A stretch of DNA of 64,000 bases from Candidatus Omnitrophota bacterium (GTDB taxonomy: Bacteria > Omnitrophota > Gorgyraeia > 2-02-FULL-51-18), in assembly GCA_945877765.1 (NCBI GenBank), contig CAMDWQ010000005.1, forward strand, positions 604-64,603, in the 5' to 3' direction. The position numbers and the translations under genes are program-made. This document shows positions 1-8,367 of the stretch, piece after piece; position 1 is the stretch's first letter, and each line of letters begins with the position of its first letter. The notes beneath the pieces are model-generated. The model had not been told where the DNA came from and searched no databases. It saw only the letters and a list, made by a program, of their open reading frames with translations.

Positions 1-558
1 TCGATCTTATCCAGCCCCATCACAAAGCCGTCCTTACGGACATCAAAATCGGCAAACTGAAAGTGGCAGTTTTTGAGCTGGAAATGATCGATTTGAAGCG
101 TCAGCGGGAGAGCTTTTTTTCCCGCGGTTGATTTCTCAGTAACTTCCCCCGAGGAAACTGCCGCCTCTGAAGGGGTTGCACCGGAAAGCGCATGATACAA
201 TTTGCCGTGAAATTTTCGCAAGACAATCACCGCGTCTTCCACCTGAAGGTCAGTGAGAATCAGCGCTTTTTTGGACAAAACCATCGGGGAAACATTCAAT
301 ACCACCCGATCCACGTAAAAAGAAGTCTCGCCCACGAAGGGCTGTTCTTTTTCGCGAATCTCAAAGCCGGTCAATTCAAACGTGCTCGGAAAGTGATAAT
401 CAATGCTCTGAATCAGCACTTTTTTATTAAGAGCCTCCTCGATCGCGCTCCGCAAAAAATCAGGCGCTTTGCGCTGAATCAGATTGGCTGCCGACACAAC
501 CGCCACGGCGAGGACCACCAACAACACAATCAGAACAATAAAAAATTTTTTCATCATT
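1..558 (-). CDS. AsmA/TamB-like envelope protein, N-terminal part (gene continues beyond the window edge)
   Basis: Minus-strand ORF starting ATGATG at 558..553 with a GGAG ribosome-binding site upstream. The N-terminus 'MMKKFFIVLIVLLVVLAVAVVSAANLIQ' is a signal-anchor like those of AsmA-family proteins. The reading frame stays open to position 1. The ORF-track + strand ORF 192..650 is its antisense. Confidence 0.45.
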
Positions 559-595
559 TCATCTTTCTCCCACTCCCTAATCGGATTCTAAAAAA

Positions 596-1450
596 TTACC
601 AGCGCCCTTTGACCCCAGCCTCTAGCCTCGATTCTTCCAGAGACTTTTGAAGGCGGATAAACCATTGGCCGTCACCGCTTAAAATATCCCGTGTCAGTAT
701 CAGTTCCACTCCGAGCGGACTTCCTTGTTCTGATTTCAAATTGACCGCAATCTCGCGCGAACTTCCCAAACGATACTGTCCGCCAAAAAGGATGCTTTTC
801 TTTCTGGACCCAGACTTCATTTCAAACTCAAGACTCAAATCGCGCGACACTTTCCATTTTCCAAAAAAAGCAATGGACTGTAGGCGCCTTTTTCCCAAAA
901 CTTCCGTGCCAATTTGATAACGAATCTCACCTTTCTTGGCGTAAATACTTTTGGTCTGAAAGGACCCTCGAAATCGAAGTGTCGAATCCGTATCCCCTCC
1001 CAGAGCATAAACGAGACGATTCTTTTCGGAAATTTCCCAAGTGCCCCCAAATTGCAACTCCTGCAAAGATTTAGTTTTGGTCTTAAGGTTGGTCTGCTCG
1101 TAAGTATAAACAAGCTCGTGGTTCTCATTGACGCGCCAGCCGGACTTAAAAGTCAGGAGGTCCTTACTGCCTGACTTTTTAGCCACTTCGAAAGCAATCT
1201 GATTCTTGAGGTTGACCCGCCACAATCCAGAAAGCCGGACCAGACTTGTAATTATTTTTTGATCGGATTGGCGTTCACTGACAGAGAGAACAAGCGCATC
1301 AGGCTCGGCTGCCACCAGAGAGCCTTTGACGAGAATCTCTTCATCCTTGCCCTCTCTCCTGTATTGGACTTGGTGATCGGGTGTGATTTCCCAGCGGCCT
1401 TTGACAACTTTGCCATTCTCGAGGAGCTCATTGAGTTTGGTTAACTTCAA
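596..1450 (-). CDS. hypothetical protein (repetitive beta-rich, 284 aa)
   Basis: Long minus-strand ORF tightly packed between flanking minus-strand genes. No recognisable motif. Confidence 0.4.
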   Translation of the reverse strand: MKLTKLNELLENGKVVKGRWEITPDHQVQYRREGKDEEILVKGSLVAAEPDALVLSVSERQSDQKIITSLVRLSGLWRVNLKNQIAFEVAKKSGSKDLLTFKSGWRVNENHELVYTYEQTNLKTKTKSLQELQFGGTWEISEKNRLVYALGGDTDSTLRFRGSFQTKSIYAKKGEIRYQIGTEVLGKRRLQSIAFFGKWKVSRDLSLEFEMKSGSRKKSILFGGQYRLGSSREIAVNLKSEQGSPLGVELILTRDILSGDGQWFIRLQKSLEESRLEAGVKGRW

Positions 1451-2130
1451 GCGAAGCGCGCCTTTTCGATCCGCGCCAGACTCTCTTCTTTGTGCATCCG
1501 CTCATCCAGCCCAATTTGTCGAAAAAGATCGGCCACATCTTTGAAATCCCCATAATCAGCCTTAAAATCACTGTCAAACGGCATCGTTTCAAATTGAGGA
1601 TTGGCCTTCACAAACTCCATATACTCATGCTCCGCGTGATCCTCAAAATCCGCATTCATGGCGTAACTCCACCGCGGTTTGATCACATACAATAGCCAGC
1701 TGACATGATAATAAAAAAATGCCATGAACTGCGGCACAATCCGGTAGAGAAAAAAATTCTCCCGGATCCCTTTTTTCTGGACCATCTCCTCCAGAATCAG
1801 AAGATGCCACTGCTCGTTGTCCTGCTGGTGACGGCTCTCTTTGATGAACTCAAATATCCTTCGCGCCAGCCCCGGCGCCGCGTACGTGTGCGTCATCGCG
1901 ATATAGGCCACATGCTCCCAGGACTGATACGGCACACGCGCGATCACTTCCAGGACTTTAAACTTTGAGATGCTTCGCTTATGGCCGTAAAATAAATCCA
2001 TCGCCAAAAAAAGAAAAGACGCCAGGAGCCCATAGCGCCTGCGCGGGGTCTCGAGAGTCTTGGCCTGTTCCTTCTTAAGGTCTATGATTTGCATGGAAAT
2101 CTTAGAATAGCAAAAACACCCCGCCTTCAC
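1447..2130 (-). CDS. alternative-oxidase-like diiron carboxylate protein (AOX/PTOX family)
   Basis: Motifs 'LEVIARVP' (LET-A-VP), 'ILEEM', 'EDHAEHEY' and 'DERMHKEE' correspond to the four iron-binding motifs of alternative oxidase (LET, NERMHL, LEEEA, RADE-xHH). The start may instead be at M13 (2094). Confidence 0.5.
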   Translation of the reverse strand: MKAGCFCYSKISMQIIDLKKEQAKTLETPRRRYGLLASFLFLAMDLFYGHKRSISKFKVLEVIARVPYQSWEHVAYIAMTHTYAAPGLARRIFEFIKESRHQQDNEQWHLLILEEMVQKKGIRENFFLYRIVPQFMAFFYYHVSWLLYVIKPRWSYAMNADFEDHAEHEYMEFVKANPQFETMPFDSDFKADYGDFKDVADLFRQIGLDERMHKEESLARIEKARFA

Positions 2131-2155
2131 AACAGCGGGGCGCTTTGTTCGCTTT

Positions 2156-3100
2156 TTACCAGTTGACTTTGGCTCCGGCCGTCCACAGATAGCTCAGCTT
2201 CTGGTGAACACCACCCGTATTTTGATAGACCGGCAATAAAATATTCCCGAACAGAGAAACATTTTTACTAGCCCCAATCTCTATCGACGGCCCCATGAAT
2301 ACCGATGTCTCGCCGCTATCGTCGTCCTCGACGCCGTTGAGTCGGTCTTTTTGAGCGTTGTGAAATGTCGTGTCCCATCCCACGCGCGTCTGGAAATTCT
2401 CACTTCGCGGATTCAAAATGTAGTCCGCATTCAAGGAGGCAAACAGCAGGTTGCCATGCCGAAATTCCTGCGCCCCCTGGCTTTTTATCACATAAGAGAC
2501 ATTGCCGCTTAATGAGACCGGTCCCGCCATATAGCGGTAAACAATCCCCACCGGATAATCCCATGACCCACTGCCAGGCTGAAGCTCCGGCTCAAAGAGA
2601 GCGCCGTAAGGATCCAACTCCCCGGTATCTCCCGTCGGAAACTTCACCCCGCCGCTAATCCCCAAGAAATCATCATTCTTGACGAGTATCTTGTAGATGC
2701 CGATTAGATTCATATCTCCCAGACCCTCCGAGCTCTGTTTACGGCCGATCGTCGCATGATGTTCAATGTCTAGCGATCCGCGGACCACATAAGGGATATC
2801 GGACAGCAAAGTGATTTTATCCGTGGGATTTACGCCAAACGTAAAATGATAAAACTCCTCATGCGTCTTATCATGAAACTCCCGTCCCGCGTGATGCAAA
2901 TTGTGAGCCTCGCGAGCATCTTTAACATCCCACTGCTGCTGCTCAAACGTAAAATTAAAAAAAACGTTTTGATCCCTTTGTTGAGTGTGGTCCGCACACT
3001 GCGAAAGCATACAACCGCAGGAATCGCAAGCCCAAACAATGCCCGGCAAAAAGCCAGATAGCACAGTAAAAACGATAAACATAAAAAATATTTTTTTCAT
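2156..3100 (-). CDS. putative outer-membrane beta-barrel protein with Cys-rich N-terminus (CDSCGC)
   Basis: Signal peptide 'MKKIFFMFIVFTVLSGFLPGIVWA', alternating beta-strand pattern, and C-terminal '...KVNW' aromatic terminus typical of OMP barrels. The 'CDSCGC' motif suggests metal binding. Confidence 0.45.
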   Translation of the reverse strand: MKKIFFMFIVFTVLSGFLPGIVWACDSCGCMLSQCADHTQQRDQNVFFNFTFEQQQWDVKDAREAHNLHHAGREFHDKTHEEFYHFTFGVNPTDKITLLSDIPYVVRGSLDIEHHATIGRKQSSEGLGDMNLIGIYKILVKNDDFLGISGGVKFPTGDTGELDPYGALFEPELQPGSGSWDYPVGIVYRYMAGPVSLSGNVSYVIKSQGAQEFRHGNLLFASLNADYILNPRSENFQTRVGWDTTFHNAQKDRLNGVEDDDSGETSVFMGPSIEIGASKNVSLFGNILLPVYQNTGGVHQKLSYLWTAGAKVNW

Positions 3101-3133
3101 CAGAATCTCCAAATTTTTTCAAACAATCCTCAA

Positions 3134-3254
3134 GTACCATAGGGGTCAGACCCCTATGGTACTTTTGTAAGTTGTTTATTTTAAATACCTTATAAAAAGT
3201 AAAACCTAATTTTAAGTAGGGTAGTGCCAGAGGGGTCTGACCCCTTTGGGATAC
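3134..3254. repeat. REPIN: two inverted copies of a 31-bp palindromic REP (GGTGCCATAGGGGTCAGACCCCTATGGCACC family) about 60 bp apart
   Basis: 3134..3162 'gtaccataggggtcagacccctatggtac' and 3224..3254 'gtgccagaggggtctgacccctttgggatac' have opposite core orientation (gtcagac versus gtctgac). The same family occurs at 27242, 47209, 47298 and 47953. Confidence 0.6.
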
Positions 3255-3292
3255 GAAAGTCTTTAAAAATAAGACTTTTTTTATTCAGAGAG

Positions 3293-3649
3293 TTAGACTT
3301 TGGGGACGGGGTCTATCGAAAAATAAAATACTTTGGAGGGAAAAATAAGATCGCTTTCAGAGAATTTTGAAATAAGATCAGGGGTGCCCGCAAAAGAAGC
3401 GGCAGAAAAAAAGTCATTCCCTCCGGCAGCAGCGGATTTCTGAGTTTTTTCAACACCAGAAGTGCTGGTGAATGTAACCTTTTGAGAATCGCCGACTGGG
3501 TGAACCTTGGGCGTCATCATCGAGCACATGTGAAACGCACGATTACCGCCGCAAGCCGTCTTTTCCTCTGAGAGTTTAATAAAATTACCCAGTGGAAGTA
3601 TCCACACCGAAAAACAAATTACCGTTGCCAGAGAAAATAGACGTCTCAT
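3293..3649 (-). CDS. small secreted Cys-containing protein, hypothetical
   Basis: ORF with signal peptide 'MRRLFSLATVICFSVWILPLGNF'. Cys pair 'KTACGGNRAFHMCSMM'. Start placed at the internal Met. Confidence 0.35.
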   Translation of the reverse strand: MRRLFSLATVICFSVWILPLGNFIKLSEEKTACGGNRAFHMCSMMTPKVHPVGDSQKVTFTSTSGVEKTQKSAAAGGNDFFSAASFAGTPDLISKFSESDLIFPSKVFYFSIDPVPKV

Positions 3650-3683
3650 CGATTTTAATTGTACCTTTTTAGGCCGCCCGAAA

Positions 3684-4946
3684 TCAATGACCCCCGCCAT
3701 GATGCTCCCCGACAGTAAAAGTGCCCTGCAAAAAGATCTGGTTATCCTCCGAACCGTCCGTCAGGTCAAAATGGGATACTTGAGCCCGCCAACGCATAAA
3801 CTCGCTCTGGTAGAACGTAAGATACCCACTGTAGCCCTGGTCAGATTGCTCGGGACTGTCGGCGGGGCGATTCACAATCTGTACTTGATCATAGCGAAAT
3901 CCCGCGGCCCACTTGGAGTGAATACGAAAGTCTAAGAGCGCATACCCTCCCCAGACATTGCCGTCCACATCATTGAGAAATATCGCGCCAGTCGTGTCAT
4001 CCACGGTTTCCAACTGCGACTCACTACGATTCAAATTGAAGACCTCACCCTGAAGCTTAATATTCTGATTGGGGTTCAAGTAATGGATCAGCGTCCCATC
4101 AACACCAAACACATTCACCTCCATCGCCGAATCAGCATCCCGCGACCCGATCGCGTCACTCAATCCGATTTCAAGATTGGTCGTGTCCGAGATATCCAGA
4201 TAATTCTTAAGATGCCCATAAATCGTCGGCCGGCGCTTGGTTTCACCAAAAGCCGTGCCGTCCTCACCGTTGCCGCCCTCCAAGATACCCAACGTCAACT
4301 GATGTTCGACTGGCCATGGCAGACCCAGAGATTTTGTGACATCCGCTCCGGTCTTACTCATTCCCTCGGTACCAAAATACCTCTGGATGACCAGCGGTTC
4401 GTCCACGGTATCCAAGGCGTCATGATGAAAAGCCAATACCTTTCCGATGCTGGGCTTGAACCGCCCTGCTCTGGCTGTTATATCCAGCGGGAGTTCCGAC
4501 CCGGTAAAATAAGCCTCCTCCAATTCAACAGCCCCCTCATCCGTAAAAGCGATCGTGGAGTCAAAATGCGAATGCGGCCCGACACTGCCCCCCAGTATCA
4601 ACTCCACCTCCCGCACGCTTACCCGATCCGATCCACCCCCATCCGTCTTGGGGCTGTCCGATCTAAAAACAACATCTCCGACAACGCCAATCTCCGGCAC
4701 GAACTGCGCGCCCGATCTTTGTGACGTCGTGATATCTTCATCTGGTGCGAAAGGCGGCTGGGCTGGGAAATCCTTCCGTAACTCGGCAATCTCCAACTGC
4801 TGTTTTTCCACCGTCTGCTTCAAGTCCCGGACCATCTGCGACAATTCACTGATCTGGGACTGCATCGCGCCCAGATCCGGTTGGGCCCACGCCTGCCCTG
4901 AAAAAAAGAATCCTATAATTAAAATAAAAACTAGAGTTGAACGCAT
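3684..4946 (-). CDS. secreted protein with N-terminal coiled coil and beta-rich C-terminal domain, His-rich terminus (possible outer-membrane/metal-related)
   Basis: Start at the ATG at 4946, which is preceded by AGGAGG; the ORF-track start at 5147 is upstream read-through. Signal peptide 'MRSTLVFILIIGFFFSGQAWA'. Ends '...GEHHGGGH'. Confidence 0.45.
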   Translation of the reverse strand: MRSTLVFILIIGFFFSGQAWAQPDLGAMQSQISELSQMVRDLKQTVEKQQLEIAELRKDFPAQPPFAPDEDITTSQRSGAQFVPEIGVVGDVVFRSDSPKTDGGGSDRVSVREVELILGGSVGPHSHFDSTIAFTDEGAVELEEAYFTGSELPLDITARAGRFKPSIGKVLAFHHDALDTVDEPLVIQRYFGTEGMSKTGADVTKSLGLPWPVEHQLTLGILEGGNGEDGTAFGETKRRPTIYGHLKNYLDISDTTNLEIGLSDAIGSRDADSAMEVNVFGVDGTLIHYLNPNQNIKLQGEVFNLNRSESQLETVDDTTGAIFLNDVDGNVWGGYALLDFRIHSKWAAGFRYDQVQIVNRPADSPEQSDQGYSGYLTFYQSEFMRWRAQVSHFDLTDGSEDNQIFLQGTFTVGEHHGGGH

Positions 4947-5013
4947 ATCTCCTCCTGATCTGAAATTAAGAAAAACACCCGTCACGCCGGTGACCGATGG
5001 TTCAATCGTCAGA

Positions 5014-5301
5014 TTAGAGAGCGGGCGGCCCGCGGAGGAGTATCCTGTAGGATGAAATAAATTCAAGCAGGGATGCCTGAAAATAAAAGAATCTTTTTGA
5101 AAATAAATAAATAGAAAAAAACGCGAAAACCACCGCCGTCGCGGCAAAACCAGTCAGGCTGACTTGGTAGACGGGGCAGGTCGAGTGCTTCGAATGATCA
5201 AAGTCCTTGCCATGCGTGTGAGGCAGTACGGACAAGGCCGCCAACCCGCCGGTAAACACCAGCGCCGCAATCAAAATCAGGGCAAAAAGTTTTTTCTTCA
5301 T
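5014..5301 (-). CDS. small membrane protein, His/Cys-containing (HTHGKDFDHSKHSTCP)
   Basis: Signal/TM 'MKKKLFALILIAALVFTGGLAALS'. Boundaries uncertain. Confidence 0.25.
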   Translation of the reverse strand: MKKKLFALILIAALVFTGGLAALSVLPHTHGKDFDHSKHSTCPVYQVSLTGFAATAVVFAFFSIYLFSKRFFYFQASLLEFISSYRILLRGPPAL

Positions 5302-5342
5302 TGAAAATTGATTGTAAACCTACGGAGGAAAAAAATAAAGGA

Positions 5343-5698
5343 ATTAGTGCGCGCCCAAATTCATCGCGGCAAATTCCCAGTTGATCAATTTTCCAAGGGC
5401 CGCCTTTAAATATTCATTTCGCCGATTCTGATAGTCTAAATAGTACGCGTGCTCCCACACATCCAGAGCCAAGAGAGCTTTCCCCTTTGTTGATGTACTC
5501 CGCCGTATTGATCAGCTCTTCAAGATCCATCTCTTCGTACCCAGTCCCCAAGACCAGCTCATTGAGTCGATCCACATAGCCCTGATGATGCTTGCCGTAG
5601 TGATAGCTGACAGTATTAGCAGAAATAATGGGAGCCAGCGCGTTCTGCGCGTAAGGAAGTGCTGTTAAAGTGAAAGGGACTGCTTTATGTTTGGGCAT
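5343..5698 (-). pseudogene. Fe/Mn superoxide dismutase remnant (internal deletion plus frameshift)
   Basis: N-terminal frame: 'LPYAQNALAPIISANTVSYHYGKHHQGYVDRLN' (SOD N-domain signature). A different frame 3' of 5470 encodes '[31 protein letters not shown]' (SOD C-terminal signature). The total span is only ~118 codons versus ~200 for an intact SOD. Confidence 0.55.
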
Positions 5699-5706
5699 GG
5701 AGTCCT

Positions 5707-6492
5707 TTAAATCGATTTAAGAAACGTGAATAGATGCTCGTTAAAAATAGCGGGATTCTCAAGATTGGATAGGTGAGCGGCTTCCGGAATGATGTGGAAA
5801 ACGGCATGCGGTATTTTTTTAGCCATGGCCTCCGAGACAGAAGGCGGAGTCAATTTATCTTCTTCCCCTACCAAGATCAAGGTAGGCACGGTGATACCGG
5901 CAAGAGCGGCTGTGGTGTCTGTTCGCGCCGCCATGGCCAGAAGCGCCCCCGAAATCCCAATCGGCGGATTGGCTTCAATCATTTTGCGCACAGAGGCGGC
6001 CAGATTTGGTTTTGTCAGCAGCGTTTTCTCAGTCAAAACATTTTTGACAAAGCCCTCGGCAAAAGACTTTACCCCATCTTTTTTTACAGCCCGAATAGAC
6101 GTCGCGCGCTTAATTTTTACCTCATCGCTGTCGGCTTCGCTTTTGGTATCGCAAAGAATCAACCCTTTCAAACGGTCAGCATGGCGCTGCGCGGCGCGTA
6201 AAGCGATGTAACCTCCCATGGAAAGCCCGCAAAGAACCGCGGATTCAATTTTCAAATGATCCATCCCAGCAATGAGATCATCGACAAAAAACTCAAGCGA
6301 ATACTGCCCATACCCCACATCGCTTTGGCCGTGGCCGCGGACATCATAAGAAATCACACGGTAAGTACCGGACAACGCCTCGATTTGCGGCGCCCACATC
6401 GAGCGGTTAAAAGGAAAACCATGGATAAAAATGACAGCGGTGCCTTGACGCAACCCGCTGTCATCCCAAGCAATCCCGTCTATTTTTTCCAT
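5707..6492 (-). CDS. alpha/beta-fold hydrolase
   Basis: 'IFIHGFPFNRSMW', nucleophile elbow 'GLSMGG', 261 aa. Confidence 0.7.
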   Translation of the reverse strand: MEKIDGIAWDDSGLRQGTAVIFIHGFPFNRSMWAPQIEALSGTYRVISYDVRGHGQSDVGYGQYSLEFFVDDLIAGMDHLKIESAVLCGLSMGGYIALRAAQRHADRLKGLILCDTKSEADSDEVKIKRATSIRAVKKDGVKSFAEGFVKNVLTEKTLLTKPNLAASVRKMIEANPPIGISGALLAMAARTDTTAALAGITVPTLILVGEEDKLTPPSVSEAMAKKIPHAVFHIIPEAAHLSNLENPAIFNEHLFTFLKSI

Positions 6493-6618
6493 GGCGTTTC
6501 CCCGTTCAATTACAAATTAATTTTACCTGTTTGTCCAGCGATTACTTACTTACTTACGTAATTTGTTAAACTTGGTGCCTTCCAGCGTCAACTAGATTTT
6601 GTATCGGGGGAAATGGCT

Positions 6619-6650
6619 AAAAAAAACCCGACCGGGAGTTCCGGCCGGGC
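6619..6650 (-). terminator. rho-independent terminator downstream of the Spy/CpxP-like gene
   Basis: On the minus strand: GC stem 'cccggccgg-aactc-ccggtcggg' followed by an 8-T run. Confidence 0.5.
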
Positions 6651-6683
6651 TCTGCTTTCTTGAGGAAGAAAGACGCTTGGGCT

Positions 6684-7013
6684 TTAAGAGTGGTGCTCTT
6701 TATGCTCGCCGCGTTTTTCCTTGTATTCTTCTTTCATCGCTTTATACTTTTCATTCTGTTCAGGCGTCAATACGGCTGCCATCTGACCTTGTGTTTCTGT
6801 CTTGAGCGCCTCCATCTTCGCTTTTTTCGCATCCATGATGGTCTGGATCTGCGCGGCCTGCGCATCATTCAAAGCCAACTTTTCCTTCAAACGATCCGCT
6901 TTTTTCTCACTGGACCCTGCTTTGCCGCCCATGCTACAACATTTTCCTTCAGCAAACACCGGCACCGACACCAACAACGCAAACGCAATCACCAACGACG
7001 TTACTTTTAACAT
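6684..7013 (-). CDS. periplasmic LTXXQ-motif protein (Spy/CpxP family)
   Basis: Signal peptide, 'LTPEQ' motif, helical K/E-rich 109 aa. Confidence 0.6.
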   Translation of the reverse strand: MLKVTSLVIAFALLVSVPVFAEGKCCSMGGKAGSSEKKADRLKEKLALNDAQAAQIQTIMDAKKAKMEALKTETQGQMAAVLTPEQNEKYKAMKEEYKEKRGEHKEHHS

Positions 7014-7180
7014 GACACTCTCCTTTGGTTGTTTCTAAGAATGGTGAGCGAAGTCGAACCATCCTATGGTTGGGATGACCCCCTCCCTCTTCACACCATT
7101 TAGACGCCATGGGTAAGGAAAAGTGTCACCCTAAATGCTTTATTATTGTAGTCTATGCCGTATTTCCTCCCACCATTTTA

Positions 7181-7262
7181 ACCCGCAAGACTCCCCCTCC
7201 CTGTCATCCCCGCAAGACTCCTCCCCTCGTCATCCCCGAAATCATTAATCGGGGATCAAACA
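7181..7262. repeat. MITE family A copy (hairpin 'gtcatccccgaaatcattaatcggggatcaaac' plus short direct repeats)
   Basis: Shares the 'GTCAT(T/C)CCCGA...TCGGG(A/G)ATCA(A/T)AC' hairpin signature with 8 other loci in the window. Confidence 0.5.
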
Positions 7263-7329
7263 TTTTACTTAACACCCGATGGGAATACGGAGGCTTGGAC
7301 TTTTTGCCGGCTTTGAATACGGGCTGTAC

Positions 7330-7953
7330 TTAAACATCGGGATTTTGATTTAATTCATACAGCGCAAACCGCGCCTTATTTAATTGAATCTGCTCCCCCG
7401 CCGAAATCGGCCAGAAACGCGCAATGGTATCCGATTTAAAAAAGCGATTCTCCGCGACTTGAAGCTCGCCCATTTTAGAAATCACCACACGGATCAAGAC
7501 TTCGCCTTGGGCCATTTTTTGAGGAGGGATGGAAGCGGTTGCCAGATAGCCTCTCTGTCGGTACGCCGCCTCAATGCGATTGGCGCATTCTCTGAGCTCG
7601 GTAAAATTAATCTTTTTTCCTTCGTACGCCGCCGTGATCTTGCCGAGCTCGGCCACGGATAAAATGGGACACTTCTCACAATCAATATTAATTTTTTTGA
7701 CTAAAAAATAAACCGTTTCATCCGTTTTTGGCTGGGGCGGTTTCTCGGTAGTAATGGAAGTAAGCCCCTGGTCCGCCGGCTTCATCTTCTCTTCAAAATT
7801 TTTACGCACTCCAGCCGCCAACGTATCCGCTTCGGACCCCGACGGAGGCAAATCAGCAGAATTGCTCGCCGCCAACGCCGACGCCGCAAAGGATGAAATA
7901 AACAGATAAGCGAGAAAAACGACAAACGATCGAGGTTTTGTGTTCATAAGCAA
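7330..7953 (-). CDS. POTRA-domain protein resembling the N-terminus of a TpsB (ShlB/FhaC-type) transporter; lacks the beta-barrel (truncated?)
   Basis: Signal peptide. 'YRQRGYLATASIPPQ...GELQVAE' is POTRA-like. Only 207 aa, and it ends immediately next to a MITE cluster. Confidence 0.4.
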   Translation of the reverse strand: MLMNTKPRSFVVFLAYLFISSFAASALAASNSADLPPSGSEADTLAAGVRKNFEEKMKPADQGLTSITTEKPPQPKTDETVYFLVKKINIDCEKCPILSVAELGKITAAYEGKKINFTELRECANRIEAAYRQRGYLATASIPPQKMAQGEVLIRVVISKMGELQVAENRFFKSDTIARFWPISAGEQIQLNKARFALYELNQNPDV

Positions 7954-7997
7954 TTTATTGTTACCACTCTTCCAAATTTAATAAATAAAAAAACTTA

Positions 7998-8046
7998 TGT
8001 CCCTGGAGTGGCTCGAACACTCGACCTACGGTTTAGAAAACCGTTG
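7998..8046 (-). tRNA. tRNA-like 3' fragment (anticodon arm, T-arm and 3' acceptor strand; no D-arm or 5' acceptor)
   Basis: Reverse complement: 'ACGGT-TTTCTAA-ACCGT AGGTC GAGTG-TTCGAGC-CACTC CAGGGAC A'. Its 19-nt anticodon arm is identical to that of the adjacent tRNA-Arg(TCT). No complementary 5' acceptor strand 'GTCCCTG' was found. Confidence 0.35.
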
Positions 8047-8127
8047 TGACAAGGCGGCTATCAATGCCGCCGCGAAATGTCGACAAGCAGAGGCTTGGCG
8101 ACCTCTATCGCGCACTGAACACAAACT

Positions 8128-8204
8128 TGGTGCCCCCGGCGTGATTCGAACACGCGGCCAACGGTTTAGAAAACCGTTGCTCTATCCAACTGAGCTACGG
8201 GGAC
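8128..8204 (-). tRNA. tRNA-Arg (anticodon TCT)
   Basis: Reverse complement 'GTCCCCGTAGCTCAGTTGGATAGAGCAACGGTTTTCTAAACCGTTGGCCGCGTGTTCGAATCACGCCGGGGGCACCA' folds as a cloverleaf. Anticodon loop TTTCTAA. Encoded CCA. Confidence 0.8.
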
Positions 8205-8287
8205 ATTAAAAAAGTATTATACCAACTTATCTAAATTTGTAGAAAAAAACTAGTGAAAGATGCCCGTCCCTGTTAGAATTCCCTGCA

Positions 8288-8362
8288 CGGGGCGTAGCTC
8301 AGCTTGGCTAGAGCGCTTGCTTTGGGAGCAAGAAGTCGCAGGTTCAAATCCTGTCGCCCCGA
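8288..8362 (+). tRNA. tRNA-Pro (anticodon TGG)
   Basis: 'CGGGGCGTAGCTCAGCTTGGCTAGAGCGCTTGCTTTGGGAGCAAGAAGTCGCAGGTTCAAATCCTGTCGCCCCGA'. Acceptor CGGGGCG/CGCCCCG, anticodon loop TTTGGGA. Confidence 0.85.
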
Positions 8363-8367
8363 TTTTT

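Noticed and set aside
192-650. + strand ORF of 152 aa at the window start
   Set aside because: It is antisense to a better minus-strand gene (AsmA-like, proper signal-anchor N-terminus and ribosome-binding site) that runs to the window edge.
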